A stretch of 64,000 bases of DNA from Flavobacteriales bacterium (GTDB lineage: Bacteria > Bacteroidota > Bacteroidia > Flavobacteriales_C > GCA-002722245): NCBI GenBank assembly GCA_029251005.1, contig JAQXEE010000002.1, forward strand, positions 210-64,209. The letters are read 5' to 3'. Below, in pieces: positions 39,709 to 50,559 of this stretch. The stretch's first letter is position 1; each line of letters starts with the position of its first letter. The notes beneath the pieces are model-generated. The model did no database searches. It had not been told where the DNA came from and saw nothing but the letters and a program-made list of their open reading frames with translations. The position numbers and the translations under genes are program-made.

Positions 39709-39740
39709 AAGGCCCTAACAATTTTGTTGGGGCCTTTTTT
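39709..39740 (+). terminator. Intrinsic terminator after dapD
   Basis: aaggccctaaca-attt-tgttggggcctt followed by a T tract. Confidence 0.8.
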
Positions 39741-39874
39741 ATTTTTCACACTAATCTAAAAAAATAAATAATCAAGAAATTAATCGTCTTAACGATTTTA
39801 ACATTCTTATTTATTTAAACAGACTCTAGAAATAAAATCCTTTTAAGAAACATATATTTGAGTTCAATGCAACA

Positions 39875-41401
39875 TCAAAGCTCAAACTTAATCCCTTGAG
39901 CTAATGGTAAACCTTCACCGTAATTCAAGGTACAAGTCTGTCGTCGCATATATGCTTTCCAAGCATCCGAACCAGACTCTCTACCTCCACCCGTTTCTTT
40001 TTCCCCACCAAACGCACCTCCAATTTCTGCCCCAGATGTTCCGATATTTACGTTAGCTATTCCACAATCAGAACCAGCTACAGATAAGAATTTTTCGCTT
40101 TCTCTAATGTTCAAAGTGAAAATAGAAGATGACAATCCTTGCGGCACATTATTTTGTATTTCGAACGCCTCCTCAATTGTTGAGTACTTCATTACATATA
40201 ATATTGGCGCAAATGTTTCGTGTTTAACAATTTTCAGATCGCTTTTAGCTTCTATAATTGTTGGTTTAATATAACAACCAGATTTAAACTTCCCCCCTGA
40301 TAATACTTCATTACCTGATAACACTTTTCCTCCTTCTTTTATCGCTTGATTTATTGTTTTTTGATATGCTTTCACCGCATCCTTGTCAATCAGAGGTCCA
40401 ACATGATTGGCTTCATTTAAAGGTGATCCAATTTTTAATTGACCGTAAGCCTTAACCAATTTCTCAATCATTGAATCATATTGTGACTCATGAATAATTA
40501 ACCTTCTAGTAGACGTACAGCGTTGTCCGCAAGTTCCAACAGCACCAAAAACTACAGCTGGGATAGCATGCGATAAATCGGCATTTTGTGAAATTATAAC
40601 AGCATTGTTCCCTCCCAATTCCAATATAGTTTTACCTAATCTAGATGCAACTGCTCGAGCTACACTTTTCCCCATTCGAGTAGAACCTGTTGCTGAAACA
40701 AGGGCTACTCTTGAATCTGTAGCCATTTGTGCTCCTATATCTCTACCACCAATGATCACAGAGCAAATTCCTTCAGGTAATTTATTCTTTTTAATCACCT
40801 TCTTCATTATTTCCTGACAAGCTAATGCAGTAAACGGAGTTTTTTCCGATGGTTTCCAAACACAAACATTTCCACTAACCCAAGCCAAAGCGGTATTCCA
40901 CGCCCAAACAGCTACTGGGAAATTAAAAGCTGAGATAACCCCAACAACTCCTAAGGGATGCCATTGCTCCATCATTCGGTGCTCCGGTCTTTCAGAATGC
41001 ATTTGCAATCCGTATAACTGGCGAGACAACCCTACTGCAAAATCGCAGATGTCAATCATCTCCTGAACTTCCCCCAACCCCTCTTGTAAGCTTTTACCCA
41101 TTTCATAGCTCACCAATTCTCCCAAGGCTTGCTTTTGCTTTCTTAAACCTTCACCAAACTGACGAACAACTTCACCACGTTGTGGAGCAGGCATTAACCG
41201 CCATTCCTTAAAAGCCGATTCAGCTTTTTTAATAACCTTATCAAAATCAGTAGAAGAACCGCTTTTTACACTTCCTATATTTTTTCCATCTACAGGGGAT
41301 TTAATTGAAAATATTTCTCCACCTCCTTTCCAACTTTTATGACCTGTACTGACTCCTTGAAAGGGAGATTTTATATTATTTTTAATTAGAATATCTTTCA
41401 T
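39875..41401 (-). CDS. ALDH7-family alpha-aminoadipic semialdehyde / P6C dehydrogenase
   Basis: [78 protein letters not shown]. Confidence 0.92.
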   Translation of the reverse strand: MKDILIKNNIKSPFQGVSTGHKSWKGGGEIFSIKSPVDGKNIGSVKSGSSTDFDKVIKKAESAFKEWRLMPAPQRGEVVRQFGEGLRKQKQALGELVSYEMGKSLQEGLGEVQEMIDICDFAVGLSRQLYGLQMHSERPEHRMMEQWHPLGVVGVISAFNFPVAVWAWNTALAWVSGNVCVWKPSEKTPFTALACQEIMKKVIKKNKLPEGICSVIIGGRDIGAQMATDSRVALVSATGSTRMGKSVARAVASRLGKTILELGGNNAVIISQNADLSHAIPAVVFGAVGTCGQRCTSTRRLIIHESQYDSMIEKLVKAYGQLKIGSPLNEANHVGPLIDKDAVKAYQKTINQAIKEGGKVLSGNEVLSGGKFKSGCYIKPTIIEAKSDLKIVKHETFAPILYVMKYSTIEEAFEIQNNVPQGLSSSIFTLNIRESEKFLSVAGSDCGIANVNIGTSGAEIGGAFGGEKETGGGRESGSDAWKAYMRRQTCTLNYGEGLPLAQGIKFEL

Positions 41402-41455
41402 ACTAACTAGAGTTTTACTGTTAAATCATTTACCAAGTATCACAAATAAAAAAGA

Positions 41456-42532
41456 TCATCTAACCGTATCACCTTTTTCATACAGACCACCACTTTTTGT
41501 TTTCTTAAAGGCTTCAAACGAAATTTCCTCTTGCTTAATAAAACCCTTATTTGGTAATTCACCTTTGTCAACCAATTCAATCACTGCAGCAATAGAAGCA
41601 GCAGTTGTCCATGAAATAGCTCTCCATTCCTGCCCTTCAATTTCCATTGGAAAAAAAGCTTTATAATATTCGTTTCTAAAAAGTTTTTCATTTTTCCAGC
41701 CTTCAACAACAGCATAAATATAAACCACATCCTCTTTTACAGGAGGCTTAGCATTTTCGAGAATTTTGGTTAAAGTTTCTTTGTCATCCTTCATTATCAA
41801 TTCGCTAATTAGAAACTTCATTAATTTCCCATGACCAGGATACCTTATTGATTTATAATTCAGTGTATCTACCTTTCCCTCATAAGTTTCGCACATTGTA
41901 CCAAGTCCACCCGAGGTTGTGAAAGCCTCAAATTCAAGTCCACCAATATTTATATATTCAAAACCATTTAAAGAAGTTACCATTTTTCGTTCTCCGTGAT
42001 GAATCGCTTCTGCATCATTTATATATTCATTAATTACACCAGCCGGAGACCATGTGAAGGAATATGCCATTTGACCGTTAGGATAACGAGGCAATGCCCC
42101 TACCCTTAATTCTATATCTCTTAATTTTGTAAATTCATTTGCTAAATTAGCGCCAATAATTCCAATAACTCCCGGAGCCAAACCACACTGAGGAGCCATT
42201 ACACCTTTAGAGGTTTTACTTAATTCTCGAATATAATTAGTGGTTTCTATATCCTCTGTAAGATCGAAATAGTGAATTCCTAAATCATGGGCGATCTTAG
42301 CAATTGATTTGTTTAAAAAATATGGAAGAGCCGAAACAACAGCTTCATTCTCTTTTAAAAGATTCGTCATGAACTCAACATCAGTTACATCTCCTTCAAT
42401 CACCTTAAAAGGTAATTGAAAATCGTAATGTGGTTTTTGCCTATCTACTCCTATTACTTCGTATTGCTTACTTAACAATACACCAACTAAAGTCCCCACT
42501 TTCCCTAAACCTAAAGCAACTATTTTTTTCAT
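41456..42532 (-). CDS. Saccharopine dehydrogenase-family enzyme, lysine 6-dehydrogenase-like
   Basis: Rossmann GLGKVG, HYFDLTED, CGLAPG, WSPAGVINEY, AFTTSGG, YKSIRYPGH. Confidence 0.8.
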   Translation of the reverse strand: MKKIVALGLGKVGTLVGVLLSKQYEVIGVDRQKPHYDFQLPFKVIEGDVTDVEFMTNLLKENEAVVSALPYFLNKSIAKIAHDLGIHYFDLTEDIETTNYIRELSKTSKGVMAPQCGLAPGVIGIIGANLANEFTKLRDIELRVGALPRYPNGQMAYSFTWSPAGVINEYINDAEAIHHGERKMVTSLNGFEYINIGGLEFEAFTTSGGLGTMCETYEGKVDTLNYKSIRYPGHGKLMKFLISELIMKDDKETLTKILENAKPPVKEDVVYIYAVVEGWKNEKLFRNEYYKAFFPMEIEGQEWRAISWTTAASIAAVIELVDKGELPNKGFIKQEEISFEAFKKTKSGGLYEKGDTVR

Positions 42533-42570
42533 GTCTTATCCTTTAAAAATTAATAATACCCCGCTCTGTT

Positions 42571-43467
42571 TTACGTTCTTTTTTTTATTTGATTTAAGTT
42601 AGTGCTCTCAAATATTTTATCAGCATTCCCTACTTCAAAACCTTCCCGGCGATGTTCTCTTTTAATTTCTTTAGTAGGCAAACCTTCGAACTTCTTTAAT
42701 ACCTTCCGCTCACAAAACTCAACGTAACTCCCAGCAATTTCATGGTAATCACCATTCGCAAATTTGGCATTACATAACTGGGAAACTGTTGAGCTTTGGA
42801 TTAAAAATCCATCAGCACTTTTTTTGACTATCCCACCGGAATCATTAAGGATTACTCCAATTGATTTTAAAAAAAAATTAAACTTTTCAAGCGTGTTATA
42901 CCCCTCTTGCAATTCATGAACAGAGATTGTATAATGATTCAAGTAATACCGATTATAAATTACCCAAGCCGCATATTCACTTTCTGCCTGAAGTGTTTTA
43001 AAATCCTCCCAACTTGGTGCACTCCACAAAGGAGAATGTAAAAATTGATCAACCATACTTGCTTCATCAAGGTTTAGTTCATCAACTGGATCTGATATTA
43101 TGTGCTTTGTATACTTTTTTATTATTCGCTGAACTCCAACCGACAATTCATTAACCCTTAATTCACTTATAAAAATTCTTGGTAAACTATCCTCAGGCGG
43201 TGAATACCATCTTGCATTTAATTTTTTGGATTCAAAATTATAATCATCTTCAGCTTTATATCCATAATGGACAAATATCTTCTCAAAAGATTGAATACCA
43301 AGATTAGGTAGACCCATTGTCCTAAAAGCAATGTGATCATTACTAATATCTTCTTCTCTTTTGATTACGTTTTGATCAATCAGGGCTTTTGTAACCTTTG
43401 ATACGTCCGGAACTCGCTTTTTGTATCTGCGCATTAACCCTTTTAAAACTTCATATATTGGATTCAT
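42571..43467 (-). CDS. DUF1338 / HglS-family 2-oxoadipate dioxygenase-decarboxylase
   Basis: NDHIAFRT, PRIFISEL, SEYAAWV, YLNHYT, GSYVEF (His/His/Glu metal ligands), EGFEVGNADKIFEST. Confidence 0.85.
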   Translation of the reverse strand: MNPIYEVLKGLMRRYKKRVPDVSKVTKALIDQNVIKREEDISNDHIAFRTMGLPNLGIQSFEKIFVHYGYKAEDDYNFESKKLNARWYSPPEDSLPRIFISELRVNELSVGVQRIIKKYTKHIISDPVDELNLDEASMVDQFLHSPLWSAPSWEDFKTLQAESEYAAWVIYNRYYLNHYTISVHELQEGYNTLEKFNFFLKSIGVILNDSGGIVKKSADGFLIQSSTVSQLCNAKFANGDYHEIAGSYVEFCERKVLKKFEGLPTKEIKREHRREGFEVGNADKIFESTNLNQIKKRT

Positions 43468-43551
43468 GTATTACCAGATTTGGTTAGTACTATATAAATA
43501 AACCTTAAATTCAATAAAATGTTTCATCGTATCTACAGCAATAAACCTTTA

Positions 43552-43595
43552 AAAACACAAAATCACCTGAGTTTCCTCAAGTGATTTTGTGTTTT
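43552..43595 (-). terminator. Long inverted repeat / terminator after the TPR pair
   Basis: aaaacacaaaatcac...gtgattttgtgtttt perfect 15-bp outer stem plus an inner tgag/ctca stem. Confidence 0.75.
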
Positions 43596-43616
43596 CAAAC
43601 TGTTGTGTTTTTGTAA

Positions 43617-44081
43617 TTAATTTGAAGAAACTTCTTGATTAATTTTTGTTTTGTAAAGGTTACAGTAGGAATTAAAAATTTTGTTTGCTTGATCTAAGCC
43701 CAAAATGTAAGCTTTCTTTAAGTCATAGCAAGCATCATACGAATATCTAAACCTTGCTTTTGCCAAAGCTCTATTAAAGTAAGCAATCGGCTGATTATCA
43801 TTTAATTTGATAGCAATATCATAATCAGAAATAGCTTCAACACTTAATCCTAACAAACCATAATACACTCCACGCTGCAAAAAAGCTTTAGGATTCACAC
43901 TGTCTTGTGCTATATATTTATCCATGTGCGCAATCTTTGCTTTATACTCCTTTCTTAAAGAATCCGATAAATCATTATTATAATATTTTTGAACTATTGT
44001 CTGAGCTGAATCTACTTGAGTTTGCTGTGCATTCATAAATCCAAAAGCAAAAAGAAGTACGTAAAGTATAAGAAATTTCAT
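43617..44081 (-). CDS. Exported TPR protein (paralog of 44165..44761)
   Basis: Signal peptide; AFLQRGVYY..LG...EAI.DY..AI, AYFNRA.AK, DACYDLKKA. Confidence 0.85.
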   Translation of the reverse strand: MKFLILYVLLFAFGFMNAQQTQVDSAQTIVQKYYNNDLSDSLRKEYKAKIAHMDKYIAQDSVNPKAFLQRGVYYGLLGLSVEAISDYDIAIKLNDNQPIAYFNRALAKARFRYSYDACYDLKKAYILGLDQANKIFNSYCNLYKTKINQEVSSN

Positions 44082-44164
44082 AAACCTACGTTAACTCGTG
44101 TGTATTAAAAAGCGAATTATGAATATGGTTAAATCGACATCAAACAATTCGTCAATAATATTAA

Positions 44165-44761
44165 TTATTTTGGAACTTTAATCGTATCGCTATTTAATTT
44201 TGCCATATGCCTTCCACATTGCTGCATCATTAATGTATTGGCTTGCATTAGTCCTAAATCCCGAGATTTCTTCAAATCTAAACAGGCGTCATAAGTGTAA
44301 AAGAATCTTGCTTTACTTAGTGCTCTGTTATAGTAAATAATTGGTTGATCATCACTAATTAATAAAGCTCTGTCATAATCCTTAATCGCTTGGACATGCA
44401 ACCCTAAGGTTGCCCAATAAGAACCTCTATTTATATAAGCACTTATATTAGATGTGTCCTCTTGAATTTGCTGAGAAAAAATCTCAATAATGGCTTTTGC
44501 CTGTGCTCTTTCTGCTTCTGTTAAGTCTAAGGTAAATAAATCGCTAACATCATAATCAACAGAGGTCTTAATTTTCTGATCACTAACGGTTGCAGAGGTG
44601 TCAATATAAACTCCACCTTCCTTTTCTTCGTATGAATTTAATTTAGGTATGAATACTTTTTGAGCAGTAGCACCAAGTCCGAAAACAGAAATCAATAAAA
44701 TTAATAGAGTTTTATTCAACGTCAATTCAAAGTGTTTCAAAGGTATTTGTTTCAAAATCAT
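44165..44761 (-). CDS. Exported TPR protein
   Basis: AYINRGSYW..LG...QAI.DY..AL, IYYNRA.SK, DACLDLKKS. Confidence 0.85.
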   Translation of the reverse strand: MILKQIPLKHFELTLNKTLLILLISVFGLGATAQKVFIPKLNSYEEKEGGVYIDTSATVSDQKIKTSVDYDVSDLFTLDLTEAERAQAKAIIEIFSQQIQEDTSNISAYINRGSYWATLGLHVQAIKDYDRALLISDDQPIIYYNRALSKARFFYTYDACLDLKKSRDLGLMQANTLMMQQCGRHMAKLNSDTIKVPK

Positions 44762-44913
44762 ACTTAATTTATATTCAATTGTTACGAATTTTCACCGTCA
44801 ATAAATTGGTTAAAACAGCTTCTAAATTTAAATATTAAAAATAACAAATATAGTGATAGATGAATAAATATTGTGATAATAAAAATATCTAGGTAAATAA
44901 AAGAGAAAAAGAT

Positions 44914-45777
44914 TTAATTATATCTAATTTTTTGTCCGATTCTTAATGTATCCTTCTTATTCGTACTATTTAATCTACAAATTCTACTAATTGAAACTCC
45001 ATATCGTTTTGATATTCGCCACAAACTATCTCCACTTCGAACACGATGATATTTTATTTTACGAACCTCTTTTAGAAAAATAAAATTCTCTGCATCTAAT
45101 GCTAATGATTGATTCTTGATTTTAAAGGTAGAATCATTTATTTCAAAAACATCATGTGGATTTAAAGGTTCACCTAAGTATCTTGTTTCAAAATGTAAAT
45201 GACTTCCTGAACTTCTTCCTGTATTCCCTCCAAGCCCTAGAGTTTCTCCAGCTGCTAATTTATCTCCTTCACTGACAATTCTTTTGCTTAAATGTGCATA
45301 CAAGGTTTCCAATCCATTTTCATGGCGAATGACAATTACGTTCCCATATGTAGAACTGTATCTAGCAATCCGTACCATTCCGTCAAATGCATTTCTAACG
45401 CTATCTCCGGTCTGTAATTTAATATCCACACCGTAATGAGGCCTTGAGCCTCTCCATCCATAATCAGAGGTTAATCTACCCACCCAAGGACTTCCAAAGT
45501 CACAGCTATCATGTGCCACTTGTATAAGTGTTGTATCTTGTTTTTTCGTTTGGTCAACCTTTAATCCCCAAATCTTTTTTTGATCAAAACCACAATACAA
45601 ATCAAAAGCGGGTATATTAAATAAACTATCGTTGATATTCCAAACAGAAGGCTCCACATCAACGGAGGTAACCGCAGTTTTATGTAAAAGGAAAACATTT
45701 ACAGAATCAGGATTAGGATTAGCCATAACTTTAAAGCCAATAAACAATCCAAAACAAAAGAAAACTCCTTTTAACAT
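44914..45777 (-). CDS. M23 metallopeptidase with C-terminal LysM
   Basis: HYGVD, YAHL, TGRSSGSHLHFE; YHRVRSGDSLWRISKRYGVS..RICRLN. TATTTTTG at 45782-45789. Confidence 0.93.
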   Translation of the reverse strand: MLKGVFFCFGLFIGFKVMANPNPDSVNVFLLHKTAVTSVDVEPSVWNINDSLFNIPAFDLYCGFDQKKIWGLKVDQTKKQDTTLIQVAHDSCDFGSPWVGRLTSDYGWRGSRPHYGVDIKLQTGDSVRNAFDGMVRIARYSSTYGNVIVIRHENGLETLYAHLSKRIVSEGDKLAAGETLGLGGNTGRSSGSHLHFETRYLGEPLNPHDVFEINDSTFKIKNQSLALDAENFIFLKEVRKIKYHRVRSGDSLWRISKRYGVSISRICRLNSTNKKDTLRIGQKIRYN

Positions 45778-45907
45778 ACCTCAAAAATAAATAGGATAAG
45801 TAAACGGAACCAAAGTGCTAGGTATAGTTTTACACACTTAGCTTTTCACAGTAAAAAAAACATTAAAAACCTAGGTGTTTACAAACTTTCTTAACGTTTG
45901 AGGATTC

Positions 45908-48313
45908 TTATTTCTTTACAATTCTTTTTGACACCGCAGTGCTTTCAGTTTCTACTTTCAAAATATAAACACCTGCACGGAGTTTATGTCCAAATTCAAC
46001 AATTCCATTTTTAAAGTTTATTTTTGAAACTAAAACTCCTTTTAAATCTACAACCTCCAACACTCCAGACTCTAAACTAAAAAAGTTAAATTCATTTGTT
46101 GAAGGATTGGGGTAAACTCTAAAAGGCTCTTCATTCACTGCTTCATAACTTACCGTTAAACAAGCTTTTGTATTTGTTGGATCAACTACAATTGTAACGG
46201 GTACTTTCATACATTCCTTACCTGCAGAAATTTTCATATTTGTAAACAATCCATAATTAGTACTTGCCGTGTAAGGCCCTGACCATTTTTCGTAACAAAA
46301 CTTATCAGAAGAAATCACACCTTCAATTAAAAAGTCAGAAGATGCTTGTGTACCATCCATGATTAGACTCACAGAAGAACCAACAGCATTAATATAATAA
46401 GTTCCAGGAGCAATACCCATCCAATCTAAAGAAATTTCCTGAGTTCCTCCAGAAACAGAAAAAGATTTTGTCTCTAAAATAGTTTCAGACTCATTTAATA
46501 AATTCAGTTTAAGAGTTCCGGCTGAAGAAGGATTTAAAGATATTTTAAGAATAGATAATTCTGACAAAACTTCGATTTTAGTCGCATAATTAGTTGCCGA
46601 AACAGCCCAACCTCCTGAAGAAACAGGCTTTAAGGTGGTATATTCTGTTAAAGCAGAACCGGCTCCTCCCATCCAATAAGTTGTAGTATTATCTATTATT
46701 TCTATGAATTCTTGGTCCGTAACTAGTGGCGTTGATGAAAATTCTGAGCTATACCATTTCACTGTTTCATTTGCGATTAAAATGGATTCCATTCCTGAAT
46801 TACACACCGTGTCATTATTCGCATAAGGAACTTCTGAAGTTACTGTTGTACTTGCACTAACAGCAGAGCAGCCTGCTGCCATGACTGACACTTTGTATAC
46901 ACCACCTTTTTTTGCTTCAATAGATTTTCCCGTTTCACCAGCAATCTCAATATTATCGCGAAACCATGTGATTGTTCTACCAACTGAACTAATTCCAGCG
47001 TCTAATGTCACACTAACCGGATCACACAACTCGTAAGGACCTCCTAAATCTGGAGACTCTAAGGTTCCTGTAATTTCTATATCGTCTGATGAATTACATC
47101 CATTTTCCCAAACCTCTAAAGTATAAACCCCCGTGGAGGTCACATTAAAAGTATTAGCAGTTGATGATTTATCTACTAAAGTTTGAATTCCTTTCTTCCA
47201 TGTAAAGGTTCTTCCTGATGCTGTTTCAACACCACCATCTAATTGTAAATTTGTAACACCACAAATGCTTTGATCTAATCCTAAATCAGGCTGAGGAGCG
47301 TCACAACCATATGGACTCATGGCATCAGATAAAGCTTTTAATAAGGAATATTCATCAAATCGATCATAAGTAACTTCCCAAATTAGAACTCCAGCACCAC
47401 CTGCGCCCATAATGTAATCTACCTTTTGTTTTAGTAATGGCGCACCATTATAATAAAAATCGCCACTATTGTTTTGGTTAAAATACTTAGCGGGGTCTGA
47501 TTCAGATATTTTCCCATAAGTAATGTTGTAAAAACCACCTGATGGTAAGGCTCTTGAAGTTTTATGACGAGCATAAAAGGGAACTCCTAAAATAATTTTT
47601 TCAATTGGGCATCCTTTGGTTACCCAATCGTTAACGTTGTTTACTCCATCGGCATAGGATGAGTGATTATTATCCCCTGAAATATTCCGTCCAATGTCGT
47701 AAGACATTACATTCAAATAGTCAATGTATTGAAATGCGTCTGATGAACAATAATCTGTATGATAAACACCTTGGGAACCAACAGATGGTGTTTCACCTCC
47801 AACGGCTATTGCAATTTTCCATTCATCTCTTTTGCCTCTTGACAAAAACTCATCATGAACTGCTTTTAATATATTCACTTGCGATATTTGTGCACTTGCT
47901 GTTTTTGGGAACTCCCAATCTAAATCCCAGCCTTTCATGCCAGTAGACTCTAACATATCCGCAATTTCGTTAGCATAATTTGCTACTGCTGTAGGGTTTT
48001 TTCCTAGAGACTCAAACATAGATGAATTGGTTGCTCCTCCAGAAGAAAAATGTAAATCCACTCCATGATCAATACATTTTTGACGAATAGTTTCAAATAA
48101 TGTTAAACTAAATGGATCAGGCAATTCGCCATTTGCATCCGGTGTAATAAAGCCATATATAAAATCAGTCATATCACCCCAGTTCATCAGATCTGTTCTA
48201 GTTGAAGCCTCGGCGAGGTTTACATCCATGTAACCAACTACTTTTTGAGCGATTGAGAAATTAAAAGTAAAGACAATGAAAATTGATATTAATATTCTTT
48301 TTAAGTTTTTCAT
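45908..48313 (-). CDS. GH18 chitinase-like protein with Ig-like repeats and a T9SS C-terminal sorting domain
   Basis: Catalytic GWDLDWE (DxDxE), NVMSYD, LGVPFYAR, IWEVTYD; PDLG..IC repeats; CTD VYPNPS...LRAGVYILKV....SKRIVKK. Confidence 0.9.
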   Translation of the reverse strand: MKNLKRILISIFIVFTFNFSIAQKVVGYMDVNLAEASTRTDLMNWGDMTDFIYGFITPDANGELPDPFSLTLFETIRQKCIDHGVDLHFSSGGATNSSMFESLGKNPTAVANYANEIADMLESTGMKGWDLDWEFPKTASAQISQVNILKAVHDEFLSRGKRDEWKIAIAVGGETPSVGSQGVYHTDYCSSDAFQYIDYLNVMSYDIGRNISGDNNHSSYADGVNNVNDWVTKGCPIEKIILGVPFYARHKTSRALPSGGFYNITYGKISESDPAKYFNQNNSGDFYYNGAPLLKQKVDYIMGAGGAGVLIWEVTYDRFDEYSLLKALSDAMSPYGCDAPQPDLGLDQSICGVTNLQLDGGVETASGRTFTWKKGIQTLVDKSSTANTFNVTSTGVYTLEVWENGCNSSDDIEITGTLESPDLGGPYELCDPVSVTLDAGISSVGRTITWFRDNIEIAGETGKSIEAKKGGVYKVSVMAAGCSAVSASTTVTSEVPYANNDTVCNSGMESILIANETVKWYSSEFSSTPLVTDQEFIEIIDNTTTYWMGGAGSALTEYTTLKPVSSGGWAVSATNYATKIEVLSELSILKISLNPSSAGTLKLNLLNESETILETKSFSVSGGTQEISLDWMGIAPGTYYINAVGSSVSLIMDGTQASSDFLIEGVISSDKFCYEKWSGPYTASTNYGLFTNMKISAGKECMKVPVTIVVDPTNTKACLTVSYEAVNEEPFRVYPNPSTNEFNFFSLESGVLEVVDLKGVLVSKINFKNGIVEFGHKLRAGVYILKVETESTAVSKRIVKK

Positions 48314-48497
48314 TACATGTTTTTAACCACCTATTGTAAAGAAGGCGAAATGAGAAAAAATATAAAAACTTTACTGATTTTGGTAATAAGGTAAAGTCAT
48401 TAGGCCTTTCTAATTTATAGTATTTTGATTTAGAAACAAAAAAATATACCCCTTCAGTTTCTTGTTTTAGACAAACTTCAATTTTGTATCGATAAAA

Positions 48498-50195
48498 TTA
48501 TTTAATAATAACCTCATCCATAAAAATCCAAGCCGGCCTACCTTCTCCATTAAAACCAGCAGGTATAATTTGATTTGCTACGATTACTTTCACAAATCTA
48601 ACTTCGGCAGGTGTATGAACCTTAAACTGAACAATAGGACGTCCTGTTTTCCTTTTAGCCAATGAACCAATTACAGAAAATACTTTATTGTCGACTGAGC
48701 CTAGTACAATCATTTTTTGAGGGTGATGAACCCAATCATTAACTTTATTATTAAAATTAATGGATACGGAATTGATCTTTTGGATTGAGTCTAAATCAAC
48801 AATAAATTCTACATCATTTCCTTCATAACCTAACCATTCTCCATCAGCATAAGATTGCGTAAATTCAATACCATTTACTAAAGTCTGCTCTTTATTTTCG
48901 AGCGCGTACTTATCACTTGGTGTCGTAATAAAATTTAACCTCTTTCCTATTCCTTTATGTATTGTAAATTCCTTTTCTGAAATTATTCCAGCATAAATAC
49001 CATTCTCTACAGGAACAGCTTTAATAAGTTGTCCTTTAACGTACTCAAAAGGTTTACCGTATATTAAAGAATCAGGTAAAGGGTCAGAACCGTCAGTTGA
49101 ATATGCAATTTGAACAGCTCCATTATTCGATGTTAACTTCACCAATAAATTTCCCTTTTCATTTATTCCAGCTTGGTTGATCGACACTTCGTGAAACCTA
49201 TTTTCGCTTATTGTAAATAAGCCTTTGTTTATTGATTCGTATCCTAATAATGAATCTTTCGGAACCTCTCCCCAAGTTGTAAACATATGCCCCAACATAT
49301 TAGAATCTTGTTTAGCATAAGAATAACGTATAAAGGCATTTGCAGCTTCAACATTCTTCCAAGAAGATGGTAAAACTCTAAAACCTTTTTCTAAAAATAA
49401 ATCGACCGATGGATATTCATTCTGAGTTAGGTAATGCCAGTCACAAATAATAATATCTTTTGGAACACTATCGATTGCTAAAAAAGTGCCATTTGTTGAT
49501 GCTTCCCAACTACCATAGCCATACTTACTAGCATCAATTAGTCGATCACCCCAAATGTATAACTGTTTGCCTTGCTTTTTTGTAAAGTAATCGTGAAACT
49601 CCCTTACTACTTTTCCAAATAAAAAAGCAGGATCCATTCCTTTTGTACTGGGAGACTTTAAACTCCCCAAAAGAAAAACCTCATCCATTCCTAAATGAAC
49701 CCCATCAGCATTAAAAGCATCAATTATCTCATCAATCATTGGAAAAACAATCTCATTTACTTTAGGGTTCATCAAATCCCATTCTCTACAGTACAGAGAA
49801 TCGTTATTGGCAAATGCTCCAGGGGTTAAATCCAGTTCAGGATAAACGGTTAACAATTTCATTGTGTTTTCAGCCCATGATTGATGTCCTAAACTTTGGA
49901 ATTGAGGTACTATACTAATTCCATAATCCGAACAGATATTCGCAAATTTCCGAGCTCCGCTTTTAGTAATTACGTTTTCGGTTTGTTGTAATTCGGGGTG
50001 AGACTTGAATTTGAAATGGTAATCAATTTCTAAAAAAATAGTGTTGATTCCTTTATGGGCTAACGAATCTATTTGACCGGACAACTGCAGCAAATCTTCA
50101 TTTGTATTATAATCTAACAAATGAATGCTTTTAATTTGTTGCGCTTTGGAAACAAACGTAATTAATACTATTAAAAGGAATAATATCTTTTTCAT
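48498..50195 (-). CDS. GH20-like beta-N-acetylhexosaminidase with chitobiase-C/Fn3-associated and F5/8-type C-terminal domains
   Basis: VPQFQSLGH, catalytic HLGMDE, YIWGDRL, CDWHY; YSTDGSDP; VDLDS, WIFMDEVII. No N-terminal GH20b domain. Confidence 0.8.
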   Translation of the reverse strand: MKKILFLLIVLITFVSKAQQIKSIHLLDYNTNEDLLQLSGQIDSLAHKGINTIFLEIDYHFKFKSHPELQQTENVITKSGARKFANICSDYGISIVPQFQSLGHQSWAENTMKLLTVYPELDLTPGAFANNDSLYCREWDLMNPKVNEIVFPMIDEIIDAFNADGVHLGMDEVFLLGSLKSPSTKGMDPAFLFGKVVREFHDYFTKKQGKQLYIWGDRLIDASKYGYGSWEASTNGTFLAIDSVPKDIIICDWHYLTQNEYPSVDLFLEKGFRVLPSSWKNVEAANAFIRYSYAKQDSNMLGHMFTTWGEVPKDSLLGYESINKGLFTISENRFHEVSINQAGINEKGNLLVKLTSNNGAVQIAYSTDGSDPLPDSLIYGKPFEYVKGQLIKAVPVENGIYAGIISEKEFTIHKGIGKRLNFITTPSDKYALENKEQTLVNGIEFTQSYADGEWLGYEGNDVEFIVDLDSIQKINSVSINFNNKVNDWVHHPQKMIVLGSVDNKVFSVIGSLAKRKTGRPIVQFKVHTPAEVRFVKVIVANQIIPAGFNGEGRPAWIFMDEVIIK

Positions 50196-50276
50196 CTCTA
50201 AAAAACTTAAGAATACAAAAATGCGATTTAATCTGAGATAAAAACAAGAAATTAACAGGACAAGGTTTGGACAATA

Positions 50277-50510
50277 TCACTCCTCTTTCTTTTCAGGCAC
50301 AGGATCGTACCCAGAAGTTCCCCATGGATGACACTTTAACAATCGTTTTACTCCCATCCAAACGCCTTTAAATGGACCCCAAATTTTAATAGATTGAATC
50401 GTATAACAAGAACAAGTTGGCTGATGACGACATGAAGAAGGAAACCAAGGACTTATTAATCCTTGATATATTCTCACTAAAAAAATAAAAAGTTTTGAAA
50501 ACAATTTCAT
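50277..50510 (-). CDS. yidD: Membrane protein insertion efficiency factor
   Basis: YQGLISP..PSSCRHQPTCS.Y, RLLKCHPWGTSGYDPVP. Confidence 0.95.
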   Translation of the reverse strand: MKLFSKLFIFLVRIYQGLISPWFPSSCRHQPTCSCYTIQSIKIWGPFKGVWMGVKRLLKCHPWGTSGYDPVPEKKEE

Positions 50511-50559
50511 ACCTTAAAATTAAGCATTGCTCTCAAAGAAAAACAATTAAAAACAAACC

